Source: Flavobacteriales bacterium
GTDB taxonomy: Bacteria; Bacteroidota; Bacteroidia; Flavobacteriales_D; JAUILH01
Assembly: GCA_964230215.1 (NCBI GenBank)
Contig: CAXRGQ010000014.1
Span: 222,669-286,668 of the forward strand
Direction of reading: 5' to 3'
Length of the DNA: 64,000 bases
Part shown: piece after piece, positions 55,906 to 64,000 of the stretch
Layout of the letters: each line of letters opens with the position of its first letter
How positions within the stretch are numbered: position 1 is the first letter of the stretch
The notes under the pieces: model-generated
Database searches by the model: none
What the model was told of the DNA's origin: nothing
What the model saw: the letters and a program-made list of their open reading frames with translations, nothing else
Made by a program: the position numbers and the translations under genes

Positions 55906-55932
55906 GGGAGGCCTTGGCCTCCCTTTTTTTGT
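55906..55932 (+). terminator. Rho-independent terminator after dnaK
   Basis: GGGAGGCC and GGCCTCCC form a GC-rich hairpin followed by TTTTTTTGTTTT. Confidence 0.8.
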
Positions 55933-55965
55933 TTTGATTTTCAGGGGTTTTAAGTAAATTGAAAC

Positions 55966-58080
55966 GTGAATTTTGATTTTTGGAATAGGGCCCCTTTCAT
56001 TCGCTTAATCATACCCTTTATTTTTGGGGTAGTTCTTGAGATTCAGAATGATGAGCTGATCGACTTCAGTCTTCCCTTATTTCTCATTTTTACCTGTGCC
56101 TTTATTATTGGGGCTATCTACAATTTTAAAAATAGCTTAATTCAGAGTGCTAAAATTGTAGGCACATTGTTATTGTTAGCGATATTCTTTGGTGGGTACA
56201 ATTACGCATGGTTTAGTAGGAGTATTCATTATAACACGCATTTCTCTCATGTTGCCGAAAACCAAGCCATTTATAAAGGAGTAATTTATGAACCGCCTCA
56301 AGAAAAATCACGTTCGGTTAAAGCATTTATAAGTATTCATGAAGTTGAGTCCAATGGTGAGTCAGAAGCATGTATAGGAAATCTTCTAGTCTACTTCCAA
56401 AAGTCAGATGATGCTCTGAATCTTCAGTATGGAGACGAGATTGTGTTTTCAGCAAATCCTAATGAGATTAAACCACCAGATAATCCTGCTCAGTTTGATT
56501 TCAAATCGTATTTAAAGAATAATGATATATATCATCAAGCGTACATTAAAGAAGGAACATGGCAGAGACTGAACACAAATCAAGCTAACCAACTTAAATA
56601 CTTTGCATTTCAATCAAGGCGAAAGCTTTTAAAAATTCTAGATAGCACGATTGATGATGAAGAAAATCTTGCCGTTGGATCTGCTCTGATTCTAGGCTAC
56701 AAGGATAGGTTAGATCCTGAGATTTTACGGTCATTCTCATCTGCCGGCGCCATGCATGTCTTGGCTGTTTCTGGTTTGCATGTCGGAATTATTTTTATTG
56801 TTTTACAAGCTCTGTTCAAGAATTTTGGTAAGCGAAGAACTGAGTTGAAGATTGTAAAAGTTGCGGTAATGCTAATTGCATTATGGTTATACGCTTTTAT
56901 TACTGGAATGTCTCCATCTGTTATGAGGGCAGCACTCATGTTTAGCTTCATAGTTGTGGGGCAAAATATCAATAGATCAACGAATATCTACAATACACTT
57001 TCTGCATCTGCATTTTTATTGATTTTATTTGATCCTCACATTGTGGTGAAGGTAGGTTTTCAACTTTCGTATTTGGCAGTTATTGGCATTGTTTACCTGC
57101 ACCCTAAATTATACGGGCTCTATAATCCTAAGAACTGGTTAGTTGATAAAGTGTGGTCAATAACATGTGTCTCTTGTGCTGCGCAGCTGGCGACTTTTCC
57201 ATTGGGACTTTACTATTTCCATCAGTTCCCAGTCTATTTCTTTATTTCAAATTTGATAGTGATTCCATTTGCTACAGGGATTTTATATACTGGAATCTTA
57301 CTGCTTATTCTGCACCCATTGGGAGTAGGGGAGTTCTTTGCAGGTCTGCTAAATTGGATGCTGAACTTTTTGAATAAATCTGTGGTGTTTGTTGAAGAAA
57401 TTCCATTTTCATTGATATACGGGAATTATGTGGGGGTATGGGAGGTAATACTATTGTACCTCATCGTAGCCTTAGTGTTAGCGTGGTTCTACCTTAAACG
57501 AAAATCAATCGCTTTTATAATCGCAGGTTTAACAGCAATAATGCTCATGATATCCGCTAACGACAGGTATAATAACGCCATGCAGCACACCTTGGTTGTG
57601 TATAAGGTGCCAAATGAGTCGGTAATAAATTATATTAAAGGAGATGCGAATTACTTAATCGCAAATAAATCCTTTTTAGATGATGATGGCCAACAACTCT
57701 ATTACATAAAACACTTTTGGTTTCAGCAGGGTCACTTAAAGGCTCAAAAATTGGCTTGGAATGAAGATATTAGTTCGTCTAGCGATATTGTGAAGTATAA
57801 GAACTTACTTCAGATCAACGACTTCAAATGTTTTCGACTTGATTCAACGACTACGGTAAGTAACATGAATGATCTAAGATGTGATTTGCTTGTTCTGTCT
57901 GGCGACAACTATTTTGATATCGAAGAAATAAGCCAGAAAATTAAAGCTAAAAAGTGGATTATAGATTCATCTGTGCCTTATGGAAAGTCAAAAAAGCTGG
58001 AAGAAATTATTAGCGAAAAGGACATTGATGTTTACAATGTGAATGAAAACGGAGCTTATGTAGTTTCTATCGGCTACTAA
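55966..58080 (+). CDS. comEC: ComEC/Rec2-family DNA internalisation channel protein
   Basis: 704 aa with a GTG start, polytopic. The competence-domain core reads FSSAGAMHVLAVSGLHVGII...SVMRAALMF...LSASAFLLILFDP...FQLSYLAV. Confidence 0.85.
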   Translation: MNFDFWNRAPFIRLIIPFIFGVVLEIQNDELIDFSLPLFLIFTCAFIIGAIYNFKNSLIQSAKIVGTLLLLAIFFGGYNYAWFSRSIHYNTHFSHVAENQAIYKGVIYEPPQEKSRSVKAFISIHEVESNGESEACIGNLLVYFQKSDDALNLQYGDEIVFSANPNEIKPPDNPAQFDFKSYLKNNDIYHQAYIKEGTWQRLNTNQANQLKYFAFQSRRKLLKILDSTIDDEENLAVGSALILGYKDRLDPEILRSFSSAGAMHVLAVSGLHVGIIFIVLQALFKNFGKRRTELKIVKVAVMLIALWLYAFITGMSPSVMRAALMFSFIVVGQNINRSTNIYNTLSASAFLLILFDPHIVVKVGFQLSYLAVIGIVYLHPKLYGLYNPKNWLVDKVWSITCVSCAAQLATFPLGLYYFHQFPVYFFISNLIVIPFATGILYTGILLLILHPLGVGEFFAGLLNWMLNFLNKSVVFVEEIPFSLIYGNYVGVWEVILLYLIVALVLAWFYLKRKSIAFIIAGLTAIMLMISANDRYNNAMQHTLVVYKVPNESVINYIKGDANYLIANKSFLDDDGQQLYYIKHFWFQQGHLKAQKLAWNEDISSSSDIVKYKNLLQINDFKCFRLDSTTTVSNMNDLRCDLLVLSGDNYFDIEEISQKIKAKKWIIDSSVPYGKSKKLEEIISEKDIDVYNVNENGAYVVSIGY

Positions 58081-58945
58081 TCCCCATGCACTCAAGCAAA
58101 CGCTCATAAAAGGCTTGTAGTTCATCTGGTGGCATGCTGGTATACTTATCTTCCAAACTAGCCAGAAACTCTATGCATTTACCGCTCATTTCACCATTGG
58201 CTTGCTCCTCTTTTAAACAAGAACAGATTTGATCGAATTCATCGCCGCCAGAACGCATGATATTACAATTTTTTGAGTCGGCTCTAAGCTTTTCAATGTC
58301 TGCGGCACTCAGCTCATTAATGTTGAACTTGGTTATACAACGTTCTTTTAGTTCATAATCATCATCTCTGGCATCTAAGCAGTCACATATACTTAAGGTA
58401 AAGTCTGGATCGTCCTTATGCTCTTTACACGCCAGCATCTCCTCAATAAACAATAGTCGGTCATCTTTACTTAGTTTAGTTAAGTTCCAGATGTCTTTAC
58501 AATAGCCTTTTTGTTCATCATCATCGGCGTTAACACACTCGCATATTTCTTTAAGACTTGGTTTGTTAGGAATAACCGTACATGCTTTTATTTCCTTTAA
58601 ATAGAGGTCAAGTTCTTTTTCTGACATTTTTGTTGTGTCAAATACTTCTTCGCACGTAGCTTTTAGGTAAGTGTCATCTTTAGCACGGGTTTCGCAGTCG
58701 CAAGGAGATGGATCATCACAGGCCTTAAGTTTTTGCTCAAAATTGTAGCGCTGAGCAGAGGTCATTTCGTTGTAATTATAGGCTAATTCGCATCTTTCAA
58801 GAAGCAGGGAGTCTTTGTAAGAGTTGGCTTTGCAGTCGCATATACTCGGAGCATCTGAACTTGATTCGGTTTGTCCAGAAGCAAAAAGTGTGCTTAGAAA
58901 ACACACTACGAAGAATAAGGGTTTACTTATAGAGAATTTCAACAT
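58067..58945 (-). CDS. Secreted cysteine-rich repeat protein (5 x about 46-52 aa, 4 Cys per repeat), function unknown
   Basis: ATG 58945 gives the signal peptide MLKFSISKPLFFVVCFLSTLFASGQ. The repeats start CDCKAN, CDCETR, CECVNA, CDCLDA and CSCLKE, and each follows CxC-x10-12-C-x~25-30-C. Its 3' end overlaps comEC convergently by 14 nt. Confidence 0.7.
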   Translation of the reverse strand: MLKFSISKPLFFVVCFLSTLFASGQTESSSDAPSICDCKANSYKDSLLLERCELAYNYNEMTSAQRYNFEQKLKACDDPSPCDCETRAKDDTYLKATCEEVFDTTKMSEKELDLYLKEIKACTVIPNKPSLKEICECVNADDDEQKGYCKDIWNLTKLSKDDRLLFIEEMLACKEHKDDPDFTLSICDCLDARDDDYELKERCITKFNINELSAADIEKLRADSKNCNIMRSGGDEFDQICSCLKEEQANGEMSGKCIEFLASLEDKYTSMPPDELQAFYERLLECMGISSR

Positions 58946-59435
58946 CTTCTGGTTTTCCAACTGCACCACTCTCCCTATACGAAATCACTTTGAAGTTAGC
59001 ATCCAATTTTATCTGATGCTGATAATACACAGTAAGTCCATTGTTTGTCTGAATATTAGACCACCAGAAGTATTCTATATGATCGATTTTCGGGTCTATC
59101 ATATTCATCATATCGTCAAGCTCATGAATTTTATTCGAAATATTCTGTGTGTCCTTTTTTACCTGTTCTTCGGTTCGATCACTTTTGCCTTCATTAAAAT
59201 TGTAGATAATTTCATCTTTGAACGTCAGGTATTCTTCACGCATCACACTCATTGCATAATACTCTGGTGAAGGCGACATTAAAAAGTTTTCAAATCGAGA
59301 ACCTTCATGGTGTTCAAAGGTAGCATCAGCCCACTTTAAGATAGCTTCTTCTGCCTTTTTTTTAATCTCTTTCTCACTCTGACTCCAGCCAAGTGAACAA
59401 CTTAATACTGATATTGCAATGACAAAATATTTCAT
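58923..59435 (-). CDS. Secreted protein of unknown function
   Basis: 170 aa with signal peptide MKYFVIAISVLSCSLGWSQ. Its C-terminal module IDHIEYFWWS...YYQHQIKLDANFKVISY resembles modules in 59472-60413. Confidence 0.6.
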   Translation of the reverse strand: MKYFVIAISVLSCSLGWSQSEKEIKKKAEEAILKWADATFEHHEGSRFENFLMSPSPEYYAMSVMREEYLTFKDEIIYNFNEGKSDRTEEQVKKDTQNISNKIHELDDMMNMIDPKIDHIEYFWWSNIQTNNGLTVYYQHQIKLDANFKVISYRESGAVGKPEDVEILYK

Positions 59436-59471
59436 AAAAGTTGGATATTATACGCACAAGTTAAGAAATTA

Positions 59472-60413
59472 TCATTTCTTTTCAAATAGTTCTTCTCGTG
59501 TGTTTTCAACACGCTGAATATCTGTTAACACAAAGTTTAAATCAAACACAAAGGCTACTGTGTCCTGTGTTTTTTCTTCGCCTTCCTTGTAGTTATAACG
59601 ATGATACATTACATAGGCATTTACGACTCCGCGATCGTCTTTGCTCTCCAGCATGTAGCTATAGTCTTTTGCTTTATACCCTTCTATATTGCTGCTTTCT
59701 ACCCATTTTTCAATCTGATTTTCACCGTATTTATCCAGGTTCAACTCACCATGTTTTTTAATATTGGCAATTATATCGGTGGCAGCGTAAAATATGTATT
59801 CATTATAGGCATTTTCCTCCATTGCCTTTTCGAAAAAACCATAAATCTCTTCAGAAGCTGCCTTATCCTGATACGATGATAAATTCGAGTAAATAGGAAC
59901 TCCTTGTTGCATGTAATAATACATTTTGGCTTGCTCAGCAGTGGTTGGAATCGAGAAAATCAAATTAACATCTTGGACTTTGAAGGCATGGTTTAGAAAG
60001 AACTTGTAACGAGATACCTTTATGTCGTCATCTGATAATTTAAGTACAAAGGTGTGTGTGATTGCATAAGAGAAATGAATTTTATTGTCCATTATTTCTC
60101 TCTTCTTTGCCTGAATAGCATTTTCATTTGCCTGTATTAAACTATCTAGTTTCTTTCTGCTGTAATGATGCTTAAGTGTGGGAATGGTTTCTTGAAGGTC
60201 AATCAGTTCTTCAAGCTCAGTAAATTCTTTAGGCTTAAACACTTCATAGTCCATAAAGCTATATGGAACGTAGGTTTTACCATCGCTCATTTTGTCGCGC
60301 ATGTGAGCCTCAACGCCATCCTCACATTTTTCCTCAGGGTTGCGACTTTGCGAATACATTGGCGTGATAAACACCAAACAAATGAATAATAGAAACAATC
60401 TACTCTTAGACAT
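59472..60413 (-). CDS. Secreted protein of unknown function (two copies of the module seen in 58923-59435)
   Basis: 313 aa with signal peptide MSKSRLFLLFICLVFITPMYSQ. The modules are KIHFSYAITHTF...RYKFFLNHAFKVQDV and YSYMLES...YVMYHRY...VAFVFDLNFVLTDI. Confidence 0.6.
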   Translation of the reverse strand: MSKSRLFLLFICLVFITPMYSQSRNPEEKCEDGVEAHMRDKMSDGKTYVPYSFMDYEVFKPKEFTELEELIDLQETIPTLKHHYSRKKLDSLIQANENAIQAKKREIMDNKIHFSYAITHTFVLKLSDDDIKVSRYKFFLNHAFKVQDVNLIFSIPTTAEQAKMYYYMQQGVPIYSNLSSYQDKAASEEIYGFFEKAMEENAYNEYIFYAATDIIANIKKHGELNLDKYGENQIEKWVESSNIEGYKAKDYSYMLESKDDRGVVNAYVMYHRYNYKEGEEKTQDTVAFVFDLNFVLTDIQRVENTREELFEKK

Positions 60414-60472
60414 TAAGTATTGTTTTGTCTTAGTAATGCAATAATCGTACTAGAAATTAAATTAGAAGAATT

Positions 60473-61213
60473 TTAAACTCCAATACGGATGGTACCGTTA
60501 TCACCATTACTGCCGCTTCCACCTCCAAGCGCCTTAAAGCCATAGAAGTATTTAATTGTAAATCCAATGTAGGTGCCAGCAGCTTCAGCAAACGCAGCAT
60601 TTAATTCGGTTTGAGATCTTAAAGTGTTGGTTAGGATGGTGTTTAATCCGTAATTGGCAATAATTCCGTATTGAATCGAGCTATTACCAGCAAGGTCTCT
60701 ATGTACACCAATTTCAGGCTGAATTGATAAGACACCGCTTTCATTAAGCTGCATCTCGTACTGGTATTGGTTATCGTCTACATCTTTACTTTGTCCTGAC
60801 ATAAAATGATATGCTACTCCGGCTTTAACATACCAAAAGTTCTCTGTTGACATTCCTTTTGGGAAAAACTTTGTCACTTTAAAATCTACGAAAGGAACTG
60901 TGTAGGTTAGATTAAGACGCAAATTTTGTCTATCGTACAAATAGGTATTGCTTTCGTACCCAAAATCGACATCAAATGCCCATTTATTCTGTAAGTTCAA
61001 TTGAAATCCAGCACCAGCAGACCAGCCATATCCAGGTAGTTGTAACCATTTTGTATCGAATTTCTCTAGCTTTGATGATGTTAGATTGCCGATTGCAAAC
61101 CCACTAGCAGATATGATGTTCCCGTTTAAGGGCATCTTTTCACCTTTATCATCTTGAGCGTTAATGCTTGGTACAATGAATAAGGCCCCAATAAGCAAAA
61201 GTGCTAATTTCAT
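60473..61213 (-). CDS. Putative small outer-membrane beta-barrel protein
   Basis: 246 aa with signal peptide MKLALLLIGALFIVPSINAQ. It has alternating aromatic/Gly beta-strand patterns (GYGWSAGAGFQLNL, WAFDVDFGYE, YVKAGVAYHF, YIGFTIKYFYGF). Confidence 0.55.
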   Translation of the reverse strand: MKLALLLIGALFIVPSINAQDDKGEKMPLNGNIISASGFAIGNLTSSKLEKFDTKWLQLPGYGWSAGAGFQLNLQNKWAFDVDFGYESNTYLYDRQNLRLNLTYTVPFVDFKVTKFFPKGMSTENFWYVKAGVAYHFMSGQSKDVDDNQYQYEMQLNESGVLSIQPEIGVHRDLAGNSSIQYGIIANYGLNTILTNTLRSQTELNAAFAEAAGTYIGFTIKYFYGFKALGGGSGSNGDNGTIRIGV

Positions 61214-61259
61214 GTCTTAAAAATAGTAAATTTAAAAACAGCATCCTTACATTAACGAT

Positions 61260-61604
61260 ATGTTTTCAAGAAAAGTTAAGTGGATAAAAATTGCCAGTTC
61301 TAAGAAAGAGCTTGAAAACTTAGTGCCTTTAAATGAAATTAGAATACTGAATAGAGAGGGGAATGCTATATGTATTGGGCGGAATTCAAAAGGATTTTAT
61401 GCCATGAAGGATAAGTGCCCCCATCAAGGTTATTCGTTTAAAGGAGGTGCCTGCACAGAAAGTGATAAAATGGTATGTCCCGTTCATCGTTATGGATTTG
61501 ATGTGAATACGGGGAGAGGAGGCGGAGATGCTGCCATCGTTTACAACATAGATTACAGGCAAGATGGCGTGTTCGTAGGCCTAAGCTATTTCAGTATTTT
61601 CTAG
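61260..61604 (+). CDS. Small Rieske [2Fe-2S] domain protein
   Basis: CPHQGYSF ... CPVHRYGF gives the CxH-x(n)-CxxH Rieske ligand pattern in a 114-aa protein. Confidence 0.8.
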   Translation: MFSRKVKWIKIASSKKELENLVPLNEIRILNREGNAICIGRNSKGFYAMKDKCPHQGYSFKGGACTESDKMVCPVHRYGFDVNTGRGGGDAAIVYNIDYRQDGVFVGLSYFSIF

Positions 61605-62503
61605 CTCGCAGATAACTTATCTAGAGTATATAGGATCAACTTGTCCACCGTTTTTTTATAGTCCTCACTGTAACGTTTAGCTCTTCTATTTGCAATAATT
61701 GCACAGACTGTAACCGCCTTATGTCCCAATAAACTAGAAAGTGCGAATAGGGCTGAACTCTCCATTTCGTAATTGGTGATGCGTTCACCTTCAAACCTAA
61801 ATTCGTTTAAATCATCATTTAGATTCGGAAGCTTTGGATTCAACATTAGGGTTCTTCCTTGTGGCCCATAAAAACCATTGGCTGTAATTGTGATGCCCGG
61901 TATAGTTTCATTACTACTAAGTTTTTCAAACAATGAAGTGTCTGCATCTACAAAATAAGGAGGATTCATTTGGCGTTCCCAATTAACATCTCTAAGAAAG
62001 GCTTGTAACATTGCGGTTTCCCTATCTGAGTATGAAGCATCATAAAAGCCCATCAAACCGTCAAAACCAAGAGCGGTTTTAGTTAGCAAGTAACTATCTA
62101 CCGGGATGTCTTCTTGTAAGGATCCACTTGTTCCTAATCGAACTATATCAAGCTTTCTGAATGTAGGATTGGGCAGACGTGTTTCTGGATTAATATTGAC
62201 TGCTGCATCCAATTCATTAACTACAATGTCTATATTATCTGCACCAATTCCAGTTGATAAGGCGGTAATTCGCTTGCCCTTGTACACTCCAGTGTGAGTA
62301 ACAAACTCACGATTTTCAATCTTACATTCTATGCTTGTGAAATGATCTGATATTCTCGCTACTCTATGTTGATCACCAACTACAATAACGGTGTCGGCAA
62401 TGTGTTCATTTTTAAGCTTTAGGTGATATACACTTCCATCTGTGTTTAATACCAACTCTGATGGCGCAATTGGTTCTGTGATATTTATTCTGTTAGTGAG
62501 CAT
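61601..62503 (-). CDS. Nucleoside phosphorylase (PNP/UDP family 1, uridine-phosphorylase-like)
   Basis: VVGDQHRVARISDHF, STGIGADNIDIVVNEL, RLGTSGSL and NYEMESSALF are present. It overlaps the Rieske gene convergently by 4 nt. Confidence 0.8.
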   Translation of the reverse strand: MLTNRINITEPIAPSELVLNTDGSVYHLKLKNEHIADTVIVVGDQHRVARISDHFTSIECKIENREFVTHTGVYKGKRITALSTGIGADNIDIVVNELDAAVNINPETRLPNPTFRKLDIVRLGTSGSLQEDIPVDSYLLTKTALGFDGLMGFYDASYSDRETAMLQAFLRDVNWERQMNPPYFVDADTSLFEKLSSNETIPGITITANGFYGPQGRTLMLNPKLPNLNDDLNEFRFEGERITNYEMESSALFALSSLLGHKAVTVCAIIANRRAKRYSEDYKKTVDKLILYTLDKLSAS

Positions 62504-62521
62504 GTTTCAAATATACATATC

Positions 62522-62550
62522 AAAAAAATAGGAGCTCAAATTTGAACTCC
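62522..62550 (-). terminator. Rho-independent terminator after the DUF4197-like gene
   Basis: The minus strand reads GGAGTTCAAATTTGAGCTCC, a hairpin with one mismatch, followed by TATTTTTTTG. Confidence 0.6.
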
Positions 62551-62578
62551 CATTTTTCATATCATAATGTGAATAAGA

Positions 62579-63328
62579 CTAGTTGTTGTCAACAGAACCG
62601 AAAACGCGTTTAAGAATGTCGGTAACTCTGGCTGCTGGATTATCTCTAATCTTGCCTTCTTCCTCAGCAATTAGAACGAATAAACCAGCAATTGCTTTAT
62701 CTGTTACATAGGCCGTTAAATCAGTGTTTACTTTTTCACCACCAGTTAAAGTCATAGCTTGATTGTACTTCTTTGATAATGGTTCCCAATACTTTGTTAA
62801 GTTAACGGTTGCGATAGCCGCCTCAACTTTAGGTGTAAAAGCAGTTTTTAAACCTGCAGTTGTTTTATCTTGAAGATATTTTGTTGCTGCATTGTCCTCT
62901 CCTTTAAGAATGGCAAAACCATCTTGAACGGTCATTTCCTTCACAGCATTTACAAAAATTGGGGCTGCTTCTTTAGCCGCTTCCTCTGCCGCTCTATTTA
63001 ATGTAAGCTCAAACTCTTCAACTTTATCTTCCATGCCCCATTGAATGGCCTTTTCTTTAACCTTTATTGCGTCCTCTGGGAAAGGCAATCTGATTTTAGC
63101 ATTTTTATTAAAGCCATCCATTTTAGATGCTAGACCAGCAGAATTATTGGTTCCAACTGTTAAGGCTTCTTTCAATCCAGCGATTACTTCATCATTGGTC
63201 AGTGCTTTTTCACCTGTTCCTCCTCCAGTTTCTAAAATGCTTCCACCTACATCTTCTAACACATCACATGCAACAAATGATGCAGCTGAGAATATTACAA
63301 ACGATCCTAGTAATAATGTCTTTTTCAT
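62579..63328 (-). CDS. DUF4197-like periplasmic lipoprotein
   Basis: It has the lipobox SFVAC. LTNDEVIAGLKEALTVGTNNSAGLASKMDGFNKNAKIRLPFPEDA matches my memory of the DUF4197 N-terminal signature. Confidence 0.6.
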   Translation of the reverse strand: MKKTLLLGSFVIFSAASFVACDVLEDVGGSILETGGGTGEKALTNDEVIAGLKEALTVGTNNSAGLASKMDGFNKNAKIRLPFPEDAIKVKEKAIQWGMEDKVEEFELTLNRAAEEAAKEAAPIFVNAVKEMTVQDGFAILKGEDNAATKYLQDKTTAGLKTAFTPKVEAAIATVNLTKYWEPLSKKYNQAMTLTGGEKVNTDLTAYVTDKAIAGLFVLIAEEEGKIRDNPAARVTDILKRVFGSVDNN

Positions 63329-63416
63329 ACGTTTAAATTATTTCGTACTCAAACATAACAAATATTTTGCCAAGACTACTATTAATGTTAGTAGCTTTGA
63401 ATTAATTAGATTGATT

Positions 63417-64000
63417 ATGAACGCAGATATTATCACAATAGGGGATGAGATCCTAATTGGTCAAACCATTGATACTAACAGTGCATGGCTAGGTGCTTTG
63501 CTTCAAAAAGAAGGTATTGATGTGAATCAAATTAGCTCGATCAGAGACACTGAAGAACATATAATTACTGCTTTAAATGAAGCTTCTGAGCGCTCGAAAA
63601 TTGTGCTAATAACTGGCGGATTAGGTCCCACTCAAGATGATGTGACCAAACAAACACTTGCAAAATACTTTAATTCAGGTATGGTGCGCAATCAGGAAGT
63701 TTTGCGCATGATTGAAAACTATTTTGAAGCGCGTGGCAGGGAAATGCTGGAGGTGAATCGGCAACAAGCAGATGTTCCTGAGGTATGTGAGGTAATAATC
63801 AATCAAAATGGAACAGCACCAGGTATGTGGTTCGAAAAGGACGGAGTGGTGTTTGTTTCAATGCCTGGAGTGCCGTATGAGATGAAGGGACTGATGAATG
63901 ATTCAGTACTTGAGAAACTCAAAGCACGCTTTAAATTACCAGAGTTATACCATAGAACAGTCTTAACTATTGGCGTGGGAGAGTCGTACCTAGCTGAAAT
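63417..64000 (+). CDS. cinA: CinA (competence/damage-inducible protein A; MoCF-type N-terminal domain), 5' part, runs off the right edge
   Basis: MNADIITIGDEILIGQTIDTNSAWLG...IVLITGGLGPTQDDVTKQ...QADVPE...NGTAPGMWF. The frame is open to the window end. Confidence 0.88.
   Translation, partial: MNADIITIGDEILIGQTIDTNSAWLGALLQKEGIDVNQISSIRDTEEHIITALNEASERSKIVLITGGLGPTQDDVTKQTLAKYFNSGMVRNQEVLRMIENYFEARGREMLEVNRQQADVPEVCEVIINQNGTAPGMWFEKDGVVFVSMPGVPYEMKGLMNDSVLEKLKARFKLPELYHRTVLTIGVGESYLAE

Noticed and set aside
58824-59270. 148-aa plus-strand ORF spanning the junction of two minus-strand genes
   Set aside because: It is an AT-rich shadow ORF. The minus-strand genes have signal peptides and structured repeats.

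Overview
This 64 kb window is densely coding, with about 60 protein genes. By eye I found no rRNA, tRNA, CRISPR array, transposase or integrase. The gene content points to a Bacteroidota, probably Flavobacteriia-like, chromosome. Supporting signs are a 287-aa primary sigma factor, many proteins with type IX secretion (T9SS) C-terminal sorting domains, and a type-B CTD adhesin paired with a PorP/SprF gene. Start/stop overlaps of the TAATG and ATGA kind are frequent. Well-supported housekeeping genes are tex, hsp20, 5-formyl-THF cyclo-ligase, a long-form gap, rpoD, htrA, dapF, mltG, a phosphohexomutase and a pabA/trpG-type amidotransferase. Others are murB, ftsE, a cyclophilin, an RluA-family synthase, panB, dnaK, comEC and cinA. 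Between them lie accessory or poorly understood loci. (1) Two paralogous ECF sigma / membrane-partner modules share an upstream motif. (2) A Tiki/ChaN/erythromycin-esterase-like domain is fused to a C-terminal beta-barrel. (3) A more AT-rich Fic + WG-repeat + small-membrane-protein insert sits between two LTxxQ paralogs, with a composite repeat structure abutting the fic start codon. (4) A tandem duplication of a T9SS cargo gene carried along an orphan 27-codon CTD fragment, next to a beta-helix CTD protein with no signal peptide. (5) A CotH + beta-helix lipoprotein lies stop-to-stop with a large GH-like protein. (6) A giant-TPR / putative-porin / DegT / small phosphoglycosyl-transferase cluster is present. 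(7) A four-gene cluster at 58.0-61.2 kb encodes only signal-peptide proteins of unknown function, one of them a 5x four-cysteine repeat protein. I cannot tell from sequence alone which of these, if any, is a genuinely new system. My best candidates are the 58-61 kb cluster, the Fic insert and the T9SS duplication locus. All functional calls come from motif recognition by eye, and no database search was possible.
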